Assembly (NCBI GenBank): GCA_965235115.1
Contig: OZ249447.1
Span: 13,206,001-13,270,000, forward strand
DNA length: 64,000 nucleotides
Direction of reading: 5' to 3'
Origin: Laetmonice hystrix
Lineage: Eukaryota
The first letter of the stretch is position 1. Every line of letters begins with the position of its first letter. Made by a program: the position numbers and the translations under genes. The notes under the pieces are model-generated. The model saw only the letters and a list, made by a program, of their open reading frames with translations. It had not been told where the DNA came from and searched no databases. Positions 1-12,355 of this stretch are shown in pieces.

Positions 1-100
1 AGTGTTATACTACAGGGGGGAGGCTAGTATAGTATATTCAGTGTTATACTACAGGGGGGAAGGCTAGTATAGTATATTCAGTGTACTACAGGGGGGAAGG
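1..100. repeat. ~40-bp tandem repeat, about 2.5 copies, possibly truncated by the window edge
   Basis: Unit agtgttatactacagggggg(g)aggctagtatagtatattc is directly repeated. Confidence 0.8.
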
Positions 101-2435
101 CGGGACCATTTTCTATTTGTTATACTAAATTGTCATTTTGTAAGATTTTTAAGTAATTATTATTTGACTAGCAAAAATAGGAGACGTTAAGACTTAAGTG
201 AAAAGGAATTTACGAAACTGAATCGTCTTCTTTCTGAAACGAAAAATCATAGACGCTGCAGACGTAACCCTGTCCTTGATAAAAGCTTCAGTCGTTGTAA
301 ATGTGACTGTTAATTTCGTGAAACGCAATGTCTGAAAGGAAGTCGAACAAAAGAGGATTTAAGAACGATGAGCGATGCATATTCAAAGCCTGGCTCGGGT
401 TTCAGTTTATAATGCTATCAGCTTTTGTTCAATACATCTTACAGTTGGCATTACGATTTAGTGATATCCCTTATAGGATTTCAGTCTAATCCACTGCGGC
501 TCAGACAGAGCCATTTAAATATAGAGAGCTGAGTCGTGGGTGGCTGTCGGACTAAGAACTTTACAAAATTCATTTGGTTTACTTTTTTCCCCAAAATATT
601 ATGGTCAGGATTAGAATCAGGCGTGGACACTGACTAACCTTTTTTACTTGGCCTTACATGCATAACGTACAATTATTTTTTAAACACGTCATTATAGACC
701 GTCCATTTTATGCTGCGCTGAAACGAAAATTTAACAAATGCACACCTACAAATGGAGAGAAAAACATCACTTAAACTTAATTACTTTCACTCATACATTT
801 GAAGGCATCCATTTTGTTCGGGCGAGGACGCTAACCAACTATTTTTGGCCTGAGTATCCATCTGCTGTCTGCCGGGATTATAATCCTCCTGTACCCGATG
901 ATTGAAACATATCCTCCTGTGAAGTGCCACAGCCGCTATCTTTAAGAAACCTGCGACTGGCACTCTTTGATGCAAGCGCTTCTAGTCCCACAGGAGGACC
1001 CCGAGCTCTGCTAATTAGTGAATAATTAATGAAAATCAATAGACGAAGCTAGGCAGGTGGTAATTTGAGGTACATTTTCCTTTGTCGATTCAAGAATAGA
1101 ATCCTAGGCATGGTTCTAATATCAATACACGTATAACTTTATATACCTTTTCCTGCCACAATATGTTGAGTTGGGAGTTGCATGGTAAAGCTGCAGGGTC
1201 AAATCACAATGTCCCTAAATCAGTATCATATAGAATGGCCAGATCGTTGCTGTGGGATCGATACTGGGTTGACAAACTTGTGTGGATTTGTTAGTAGCTC
1301 AGCCCGTCTTACCGTTGAAAGGAAGTATTGCGTGTTGGGAGGGGGAAAAGGTGAGGTATATGGTCTGTAATTTTCACAATTTTCTCATTTGGATCTCTCG
1401 CATGCTTCTAGTTATCGCGCATTTAAAATTTGACATTTGATTAAAAACGATTGGTATTTTACTAGCAACAAAAACGAAAAAATGAGAGCAAGATTCTGGC
1501 CCGAAGAGTTTCCATGGCTGGGTGAGAATTAGGTTATCTCGCAGACTCGGGAAAGAACCCATGGAAATCCGTTCTTGCATGCTGCCCAACTTCCATGGGT
1601 CAGAGACGGAGGTGAGAGGTGAAGGTCAGAGGGCAGGGTTCAGTATTGGTGCTGCCGAGCTTGCATGATGTCCGTATTGTTGTGACATGTTGGGGTCAGA
1701 GTCAAGGTCATGCTCACACAACTGGAACAAGTTTAGAATCATAAAGTAAAGGTTTCTATTGGGGTGTGTGGATTTGTATAATGTTATGTCTGTTTTCAAC
1801 AGCGCGAGTTACCTGTAGAAAAATCTTATTTCTCACGTTAAATGACCATATATACTCTTACTGAACTATAGCCTACGTTTTGTTTCCTAACCTGTTCCTA
1901 TTTAGAACCTCATTATGAAGACAGTAAAGCGAATTGTTTCTTCAAGACGAGAACAAAATAGGGGCCGTGAAAAGAAATCCGAGCCACATCAAGAACAGTG
2001 CCAGGAGATAAAACACTATCTGTCAATATACAGGAATATGAGAGTCGATGGGAAACATTGAAACAATCTGTGGAGGTGTAAAAATGATACATGGCTAATG
2101 GCCAGTAAAACAATATTGTTGGATTGTTTTAGATGAATATGTCGTGGTTGTGAGGGAATCACCACATGTGTAGTAAAGTTAAACCGTGTTGGCAGGGGTA
2201 GGATGGTATTTAACGGAGACTGCGCAGTTTTTGTCATTGATCATACTGAACTAATGTAGTTATCCTCTCCTCCACCAATGCCATCTGAAAACTTCACCGC
2301 CTGCGTTTTTTTCTCTCTCACGTTCTCGCCATCCACATTCTATCAACCTGCCATTCACCACTGCCCCAATCAATAAACGTCGACCCCTAATGAAAACCGA
2401 GGGGAAACTGCATGACGGCTGGGTTTTGTGCAGCT

Positions 2436-2932
2436 CTGCCTGGGCCATATGTGCCGCTGACTGGGCTGTGTCCCGCTGCCTGGGCTGTGTTCAGCTGCCT
2501 GGACCATGTGATGTGTCCCGCTGACTGGGCTGTGTCCCGCTGCCTGGACCAGGTGTCCCGCTGCCTGGGCTGTGTTCTGCTGCCTGGGTCATGTGTGCCG
2601 CTGCCTGGGTCATGTGTCCCGCTGCCTGGGCCATAAGTGCGGCGGCTTAGATCATATGTACCGCTGCCTGGATCATGTATGCCGTTGCCTGGGCTATATG
2701 TGCCGCTACCTGGGCCATATATACCGCTGCCTGGGTCATGTACGCCTATTCTGCTGCCTGGGCCATATGTGCCGCTGCCTGGGTCATGTTCGCCTATTCT
2801 GCTGCCTGGGTCATAATAATATGTGCCGCTGCCTGGGTCATGTATGCCGTTGACTGGGCGATATGTGCTGCTACCTGAGCCTGGGTAATGTAGGCCTATC
2901 CTGGGGCCATATGTCCCGCTACTTGGGCCATG
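2436..2932. repeat. Degenerate GC-rich minisatellite (~21-30 bp units)
   Basis: Recurring core tgccgctgcctgggtcat/ccatatg; it explains the repetitive ORFs in the track. Confidence 0.9.
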
Positions 2933-3219
2933 TATTATCACGATACGGGAGGCAGGGAGAGGTTATGGAGGGTGATGAAGGTTCTCCCGATTGGGGTTGA
3001 CTGGTGATCACCCCAGTGGGGAGAACTGATTTGAGGTTACCCCCCGCCGAGGACGCCAGGTGCCGTAGATACTTAACTCATGGCCTCACAAGGAAGTCTG
3101 GTGATAGGAGGGGAGGTGCCTTAAATGGAATGTGCAATTAGCCACCAAATTGGAACAAGCTACAGCACATTTTGTAGCTCTCCCGACATTAACGCAGGTA
3201 CATGCGATGGCGCAGTCTG

Positions 3220-3874
3220 CCTCCGTCCACCGGTCCGCAGCGTCCCTCCGTCCACCGGACCGCAGTGTCCCTTCGTCCACCGGACCGCAGTGTCCCTCCG
3301 TCCACCAGACCGCAGTGTAGTGTCCCTCCGTCCACCGGACCGCAGTGTCCCTCCGTCCACCGGTCCGCAGTGTCCCTCCGTCCACCGGACCGCAGTGTTC
3401 CTCCGTCCACCGGACCGCAGTGTCCCTCCGTCCACCGGACCGCAGTGTCCCTCCGTCCACCGGACCGCAGTGTCCCTCCGTCCACCGGACCGCAGTGTCC
3501 CTCCGTCCACCGGACCGCAGTGTCCCTCCGTCCACCGGACCGCAGTGTCCCTCCGTCCACCGGACCGCAGTGTCCCTCCGTCCACCGGACCGCAGTGTCC
3601 CTCCGTCCACCGGACCGCAGTGTCCCTCCGTCCACCGGACCGCAGTGTCCCTCCGTCCTCCGGACCGCAGTGTCCCTCCGTCCACCGGACCGCAGTGTCC
3701 CTCCGTCCACCGGACCGCAGTGTCCCTCCGTCCACCGGACCGCAGTGTCCCTCCGTCCACCGGACCGCAGTGTCCCTCCGTCCACCGGTCCGCAGTGTCC
3801 CTCCGTCCACCGGACCGCAGTCTCCCTCCGTCCACCGGACCGCAGTCTCCCTCCGTCCACCGGACCGCAGTGTC
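3220..3874. repeat. 25-bp minisatellite, about 26 near-identical copies
   Basis: Unit ccctccgtccaccggaccgcagtgt has no stop codon in any frame, so all six frames stay open. Confidence 0.97.
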
Positions 3875-4174
3875 AGCGACATGTACATACAGCAAAAAAG
3901 TCTCGATGGAAGTGAACGAAACTTGATGCATAGATGGCTCGATTGAGTTCGATAATGGGCGAAATCGGTCACTTTAGTTTACGAGGTCAGCTGATCTATA
4001 ATAGAGCTTTAAATATGAGTTTTAAATAACAGCAGGATGACTGACACAATATTTTCGTGGAGCAGTCGAAATAGATTGGTATTACCAATAGCTCCAACAA
4101 GTTCTACAATAGGCAAAATTGGATCAGCGTCAGAAGTAAGATGATCCAGTTTGTGTAGTCTGATTGGCATGAGC

Positions 4175-4635
4175 CGATTGGATGCCCTGATTGGTATGTC
4201 CCACTTGGATGACCTGATTTGAATTCATTTGACACGACCTGATTGGTTGTCCTGATTGCCATCATTGGTATGGCCCACTTGGATGTCCTGATTGGTATGA
4301 CCCACTTGACATGGCCCATTGGATGGCCTGAGTGGTATGCCTCATTTGACATGCCCACTTGGATGTCCTGATGGGTATGACCCACTTGACATGGCCTCAT
4401 TGGATGGCCTGAGTGGTATGCCTCATTTGACATGCCCACTTGGATGTCCTGATGGGTATGACCCACTTGACATGGCCTCATTGGATGGCCTGAGTGGTAT
4501 GCCTCATTTGACATGCCCACTTGGATGTCCTGATGGGTATGACCCACTTGACATGGCCTCTTTGGATGGCCTGAGTGGTATGCCCCATTTGACAAGCCCC
4601 ACTTGGATGTCCTGATTGGTATGACCCATTTGACA
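4175..4635. repeat. 81-bp higher-order repeat made of two ~40-bp subunits
   Basis: Period of 27 aa in the ORF track (GLSGMPHLTCPLGCPDGYDPLDMASLD); edges are degenerate. Confidence 0.9.
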
Positions 4636-7600
4636 TTACCTAGCTGTTTTAGCTGCCATGTCCCGATTAGGATGACCATACATGAATCACCGGGGGTGGG
4701 GGGTGGGGGTGGGGGGTATATGAGTAACGTCTTGTTCAAGGTGAGGACGGTTTATGGCGCTGTTTGATGTGAATAGAGTTGGGGAGGGGGGGGGGGGGGG
4801 TCACTGGAATGGTGGTCTGGAAAATGGGGGCATCGACCACAATGCAAACCTGTCATTGTCTACCTCGGTAATGTTCGGGAATTACTAAACCGGGCAGTGG
4901 ACATTGACTCTGGACACAGGGAACGATACTCACCAATGCTTGTAATTTCCCTCGGTTGAATTCGCAACGCTTCATCTGCCTCGGTATGGTGGAGAATTTG
5001 AAGGGGCGTCATCGGAAGGCAGTCAGCTGTAAACATTGGTATTTCCAGGCCGCTCCCTGGTCCGTAGTGTCATCGGGATTTATTTGAAGCAGATAAGTGA
5101 GGCCCTGTAATCATGTTCAGCTTTTCCCTTTAACCCCTAGGGGACCAGGGTTGGTGGGCTGTGTCTGATTGAATTCAGGACTACCTCTGAAAAGGGGAAC
5201 AGGCCTGGCATATGTCGGGGCTGGATCGACTAGGTGGTTCTGGAATTGAGTGAACGCCATAATCAGCTGCCCTCCGATTATCGGCTTTAAGGAGCTATTC
5301 GCAAATCGAACCGTTTATGGATGACCTGTCAAAAATTCCACACTACGTGGGCCCCTGATTTGGCCCGTTGCCTGATGATTTCTATGCGTCTAGTTTCAAA
5401 CATTGTCGGACAACCTTTATCCCATAAATCTGAAATTCCACCTGATGTTACTTAAAGGGTAGTGCGTTTCCCGTTAGTGTGAGTCATAGATCCAGTCTCC
5501 TTGAAGAGAGCCAGTTAATGGATTTTCTGCCGAGTGGCACTGGCCCTTACCAAGTAAGAGTTCACAAGGAATTGAGTTTGACAGAGACTACGCTACTTTC
5601 GGATGTAAGACTTGGCCAGGAACCAGGCTGGTAGCAGGTGATGAATTTAACAGGTAACTAAGTCAGCTGATTGAGTTAGTGAGCACGCAGCCAGTGTCTC
5701 ATTGACTCAGTGTCGACTAGATCGGCCCCTAAGTCATGTTCCTGACTGACCACCGTTGGCCCCCACTCCGGTTTCTCCTCGGTTAGTTTGGCCCTATACC
5801 TGCATTCTGCTTGGTTCAGACCGGCCCTTACACCTGCACTCCCCATAGGCCATTCTAGGTGAAACCACACTCGTCTTCACTCAGTCCCAGTGGGTCTGGC
5901 AAGGCCCACACATGACGCCCACTCGTACTCGCCATGGGTGACTCTAGTCACCATGGGTCAGCCTGACGTTTAGAGACTGGTTTCATTGAAAAGAACCTCC
6001 CCCTCAAAAAAAGGGGGTGGAGAAAGATGCTGGACTGCCTGGTTTATTGGTTTCCCTACTTTAGTAATCTGTGACCGGGCCATGCCCGTATCAGAAGTCA
6101 TACGTTGCACTTAGCAGATTGTGCATGAATTCATTCCGTGGACTTGCTAACATAGCACGGGGAATACCAATCAAGGGATTACGGGTACTCAGTAAACATA
6201 GAACGTCCGCTCGCTGGTGGTCCTGGTCAGCTTATTGACCGGACACTGGTCAGTGGGGCTCGTCACTGGCCACAACCCGCTCCCACCCGCCTCGAGCTCC
6301 ATGAGGACAGAAACCAGGTATCGCGAGGACTTTACGGCATGAATCTTATTGAGCCATAAGGCACATTAAAAAGGCGTATGAAATATTTGATTCCCCCGCC
6401 CTAAAAAAACACCCCAAAACAGGGTCTAAATCTAGATTATAATGCCAACTTAAATTCTATGGCAAAGTGGCCTCACCCCTATATGGACCTAGCTCTAGGT
6501 TTTGTGATGGTGAACAAATCTTGGGGCGAGCACATCAGAGAGCGAAGCGATACCTGGGCCGACAGGTACATCAGAGGAGGTAGGTCTACGTAAGGGCATC
6601 AGTTCCCCCTACTGACGGCAATAGACCGGCAGACGGGTGTACTGACCCGGGGTCAGTCTAATTTAGATGTTCAATCAGTCACCATTTTCACTGGGGCCGT
6701 CGTTATCGGGCCAATTAGGGACGGTCCTGAGAAAGTCTTTCAGTTGTCGCGTCCAGGCGCGCAGGACCGAGGCTTCCGCGAAACTTCAAGTGCTGTTCAA
6801 TGTGCATCACACAGACATGAATAGAAAAATGAGAAAAAAGGGATGGAATCTTTTAAAAAATATGGGGTCAGACAAAGGAACAGCTCATCAGGAGAAGGAA
6901 TGTAAGGAGCGGTTATTGAGGTCCGCCTCAGATGTATTCACCCCCCTCCTCTTCTCTCTCATCATGACAACACCCTGTAGACGGTGGCTGAAGACCTCTG
7001 TGAGGAGGTCAGGCAGCCCCTGGAAGGGGACCTCTAATTACGGTGGTCCGCCACACCCCGGCACCCGGCACCCGGCAGTCATTCTGCCGGATCTGTCACA
7101 GCCCCAAGGATTCAGGGAGAGCTCGTTATGAACGGTGACTGCACTGGATGGAGGGCCAGAAGGTGTTTGACAGCATGGGCATTTCTTTTTTAATTAGGTT
7201 AATAGTTGCGTTGTGATGAATAATGTATTCGGCTGTAATAGACTGTATTAGCTAGTGATGTACATGTATACTTACGCACTCGTAGACTGTCTTTCATATT
7301 AGTATAAATTTTTAGTAGTATTTATCTGTTTGTTAATTTTTATGGCCTTTGTAAAAGACACCTGACGTCTCTATAGAAAATAGGCGTCATTCATTGGTGA
7401 TTGCCTTTCGTTATTTGAAGATTGTGAGAACCATTGCGCGCCACAGGGAGTATTGCAGTGAGTATTGTTACGATATGACCGTCTGCGCGCCAACGCCTTG
7501 CCGCCCGTGCAGGTGAGGCTAGTGGTTGAATCACTCACCTGAGTGCAGACTGACAGGTGGGCAGGCAAACAGGAGCAGCAGCAGGGGCAGCTGTACGCCT

Positions 7601-10600
7601 GGGTGTGGCTTGGTGGGGGGTGCGCTGTTTAACAGTTACAGTGGAGGTGTCATCACAGCAGGGGGAGGGGGGCTGGGAGTGGGGGCGACGCTCAGCTAGT
7701 GAGTTTGATGAGGCCCGTTGATAGGGTTACCTATACCGAACGTGTAAAGAGGGCAAGGGTCAGATTGACTAGACGCCTTGCAGCTTTTATTGTAACAAGT
7801 CAGAGTGATGACAGGAGATTGAGAACTTGCAGGTCAGGGCTGCAGTTTCTATATTATAATATAGGATGGACAAATACAGGTGCCTTATTGCCTTGTACTG
7901 GTGCGTAAAAATGATGTTCATGAAAGATGAATTATGTTAATATAAAGAAACTCTGGATATGGCATGAAAATCTTATAATCCAACCTTAAACCAGTAAAAG
8001 GAGCCCACCCCTCCCAGTCGCTGATCCTACAGCCCCGGTTCTACAGCCGTGAGCCCATGTCCTCCATCGTCATTGACCTCAGCCCCCTTTTTTTCAAACC
8101 GTCCCAAACCCCCACAGCCCCTGACCCCAGCAGTCCCATAGGTTGCGGCTATGCCAAATGAGTGCAAGCCACCCGACGCCAGGGTTTGATCTAACTAAGC
8201 CATTGTATAAAGGACGGAAGCCCAGACGGCCGTATAGATACTGTTGATGCACAGGTACCGACCGGTATGTAACATTTAATGTAACGAAAGTCGATATTTT
8301 ACGTCATCTGAAGTTTAATCGTACCAAGTTATTCACAAGGGCTAGCTCCCAAAACTGGACTCGAAACCTGTGACGAATGATGTGGCTAGTATAAAACGGG
8401 TCACCTAAACGATAAGTAAATATCCAACTTCTGTCGTTTTTATGTGAAAGTGATGAATGCGGAAAGCCATCTTCATTCTCTCGTATTGATGACTACCCAA
8501 TGTGTTGGGTGTCCATCTGACTCGGACTACTTGCAAACAATAACGTCTCACAGCAGTGGCTTATCCTCAAAGAGGAAAAGTTGTTTCAAATCAGAAGCTC
8601 TTGACGAGAAAGACATTTTGAACAGGGACGAGGCAGGAAACGAGTTGATGAAAGTAATTTGGTCAGATATAGTGGTTGTTTATCTTGGGTAGTGTGTGAT
8701 CAGCAGATTTGCCGACGATTTGAGGAGATAGGAGTGCATACACCAATGGTTTGGTGGAGAATCAATAAAGTAAACGTTGCTGAATGTGCCACTCGTATTT
8801 CACGAGATCTGTGCACAGTAAAGATTGTCAGACTACATTTGATATTCGCTTACTTTGCTGATGTTTCTGCTCGGCCATTTTCTGGATATTTTCGAGTGTG
8901 CCTAGTCATGCAATTGTCGCAGTGACTTTCTGCGGAAACCAATTAAAAACAGCCTCAGCCACTTGACGTCAGGGTGTTATGTTTCTCATGTAGCATTTGT
9001 GGTTTGAACGATTTCTTTCCTTTGAGTAGCAAATTCCTGCAATTCATCGCATGGCCAGTTTGAGGAATCTCTTTTAATCACATCGTTGGTCTACTGATTA
9101 AACCTCTTATCTGCAAATTTAATGATTTTACGTTTTTGGCTTAATACTACGTATAACATAAACACTGAAAAATACCTAATTTTGATCAATGGGCCTGTCG
9201 CAATCAAAGTGTCGCAATCAAAGGCGTTTGGCCACCGATACACGTGGACAGTTTCGCTCATGACAACGCCACACATCAGATATCATGGTTCGGGTATTTT
9301 TATGTCCAATCAAAATATTAATCATGCAAGTCGTGTTGAGTATGGAGAGCATGAGAGGTTTGGCTAATGACCACACTGATCCACACCTGGTAGAATTTAT
9401 GGCTTGCAGGACGTGGCAGTTGACTGAAAGTATCGATAAATGAGGGACGCGTTATTCTGAATTCTCATGTTGAACGAAGCCAAAGACTCATTCAAAGAAG
9501 ATCTGATTTGACGTTGTCATGCCAACATCTATGGGTGTGAACGTGTCACAGGAAGGGAGAGTAATTTAGCTGTCAAACAAATGATTTACACAGGTGGTGG
9601 AGTGATTTTACTCCCCAATAAAAGCCAGTTAGAAATTGAGGTAAGATCCTCACGTAACGAAGTGCATGTCTTGTAAGGAAATAATCAGCCGAATGGAGGT
9701 ACGCTAACGACACGAATGGCAGTTCTAGACAGACTTTTCTTCTTGTAACGGTTTTCTGAACGACTTAAGGAGCTTTGCATACAAAACCTTGCATTTCCTC
9801 TCTCCTTAGAAAAGCTGTGTTATATTTGGGAAAACGTGATTTTTTTTTCAAAAGGATAATTCAATATCTAGGATTCCTTTTAGATGTTTAAAGGTGACGC
9901 GCTTTGCGTGACAGTAAAGTGTGAATAGACAGAGAGAAGTTATTAGAAGTTGGAAGGAACTGTGCAAGCTAGTGTGGCATTGCTATTGCCAATGGTTTCA
10001 TTGAATTACAACATTAACCTTATGTTGTTCGGCTGTGGTATTTGATCCTCGATCTGACATCTACTAAGTGCCCTTTTGTAACCATGGAAACGGTAGTTTT
10101 TCCACTTCATTTGGGGAAAAGACCCAAACAAACCAACGGTGGCTTTAATTACACGTGGAAGGTCAACTGATGTTGCCTGATCAGAGCCGTGACTCTGCTG
10201 GAATATAAAGGTGACTCTATTCTTGGACTGACGTTCACGTCCTGGGTCATACTCTCAAAATTCTCTTCTCCCTTCGTCAGTCAGCCAGTTATAGTCCGTA
10301 ATAAGGTGCGGAAAATGTTTTCCAGTGACAGTGCATTCAACAACATGTATTTTAACTCGGTACCGGGCAATAATAGATGAGCTCGAAGAGAATCAGTCAG
10401 ATAATGAAGTTTGAATTAAAAACATGAAGAAAATATTTCAATAAATCCCCCTCTCCAAAATAAGTAAAAAGCAGGAAAATGGAGATGATAGGATCATGTT
10501 TATAAATGTGATTGTATTTACTTGAACTGAGTTATACGGAAGCCTATATCTCTCGCTGTGTCAATTGTAATGTTTATTTGGCCGCAATTAGATTTGGCAA

Positions 10601-12229
10601 GATTGTGCCTTTTCAGGTTTGCGTCGAGGTTCTTTCCAAGTGACACTTCGGTCAATTTTCAGTCCGTTCGGCACTGGCCCCATCAGGACCACTCTTTTTG
10701 CTTGAGAACATTTTTGAAAACTTTGGTTACGATTCTATATAAAGCGCGTCTATTCTATATGACGTAATAGAAACCCAGGGGAAAAATTCCACATTTGATG
10801 GTTGCGTAGTTCTGGGCAGTGACTGAAGCTTCCCAATGCTGTGATGATGTCTTCAAAGGCAACATTCATTCAGAGATCTGGAAGGTTGTAAGCTTACTGC
10901 TCCCTACAGATGTCACTCTCAGACACGGCCCATCCGAGCCCTCGTATTGGGATACAAAACGGGAGTTTTCATCAAGGACTGAAGACAAGCAATTAACCGG
11001 GCCGGATCGGGTTCACTCCGACCAAACAGTTGGCACCAGCCTGCCGCCTCCATCCATCGACCCACATCGACCCAGTACAGCCGCACGTTCAACCACGTCC
11101 ACAGCCTGCTGCTAGTCAAGGAACACTCGACTTCCTCTCCGAGATGGGGTATTCTTTCTATTGGTGGTGCCCCCTCCCCCTCCCAATCGGGGGTTCGTGC
11201 AGAGGCCAGCCTTGAACAAATTATTTGTTTAGTCAAATTGGGTCGTATGAGTTTTTTCTAATTTCCCGCTGGTGTATGATGCGATTTCATGGACTTGTTC
11301 GTTTTCATGATCTCCTGCAACATATCTACATGAAGGAACTAGTAATCCATTCCAGTTCATTCCGTGTACTTACTTGTTAAGTATGCCCTCACTATGTTAA
11401 TTAAAAGGTGCAAGAAATACGTATTCAGATTTGCAGATTCTGTGAAACAAACATCTTGTTAAGGTCGTCCTGACAACCGCAAGTCGGTGGAAATTCTCGG
11501 TCATTTCCGCAAAATCTCTCCAATATCTCTGTGGGCAGGCTGCACACATGAAAGGATCACTCGGGCTGTAGGATCGGTTACAAAGGATCATTTCCTCCTG
11601 ATCACTGCGTATCATTTCTAGATTGGAACTCAGAACGGCAGAGTTTCTATCAGACTTATGTAGGTACATGTTACTGTCTACAAATAACACACAAGATATG
11701 CACGTTTGTTGTGATGGGAGGAATGCATTGAAAACTTAAAGCTATCTTATTTCCGAGCTTTCAGATGCAGATATCCGTTGAGTATCGAAGAGTAATAAAT
11801 GGCAGAGAGAAAGCTTAGAAAATGGCCACCTTTGGTTTGGGGGCTGGTGTGTTGTGGTGGCACAGATTGTGTGAGCTTTGTCTTGACCCCCCCCCCCCCC
11901 ATGACACAATTAACGGTATGGTTTCGACGTCAGTTGTGGTTTCTGAAGTCACCTAGCAGCAACACAGGCCAGCTAATGGGATAAAAAAATTGCGCCTTTC
12001 ATTTGTCTAAAACAGACAGGCAGTAATCCTTAGTCCTGTTTTTATATATTATTTCATAAATGTGCAGGATATTAATGAGAAATCTGCTGTGGTTATTTTT
12101 ATGTTAATATTATTATATTGTTTTCATGTTATGTAGTGAATGGGATAGGACCATGTTTTGTAGGTCGTAAATCCTTTGCCAGTTTATTGTTATGAATAAA
12201 TCTCCTTTCAGCCGCTCGATTTAAGGAGG

Positions 12230-12355
12230 CCAGAGGATGGGAAAGTGGGTTTAATTCCAGGACCTATGCCACCAAGAAAAACTGACTTTCATCTCATCTT
12301 CACCGCCGTGATATGACCCTGGCTGTTGCAAGGCGTAAAACCCCAAATACCCACC
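12230..12355 (+). mobile_element. Possible SINE 3' fragment
   Basis: Tail cgccgtgatatgaccctggctgttgcaaggcgtaaaacccc followed by a (ccca)n-like end resembles invertebrate SINE tails as I recall them. No A/B boxes seen. Confidence 0.25.

Noticed and set aside
3086-3972. Overlapping 190-280 aa ORFs in all six frames
   Set aside because: They are an artefact of a stop-free 25-bp tandem unit. There is no unique coding sequence or splice context.
4785-4800. Poly-G tracts (also near 22968, 31278, 31345, 33745) as functional G-quadruplexes
   Set aside because: Such homopolymer runs recur throughout the window without positional pattern, and their lengths are unreliable in assemblies.
4800-7140. A 2.3-kb non-repetitive, GC-raised block that may be an old retroelement
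   Set aside because: The frames I translated by hand gave only short, stop-interrupted peptides with no recognisable RT, endonuclease, integrase or transposase motif, so I left it unassigned.
10819-11236. Overlapping ORFs, one frame reading AASIHRPTSTQYSRTFNH like a DIRS YR N-terminus
   Set aside because: The similarity is too short and degenerate to support a call.
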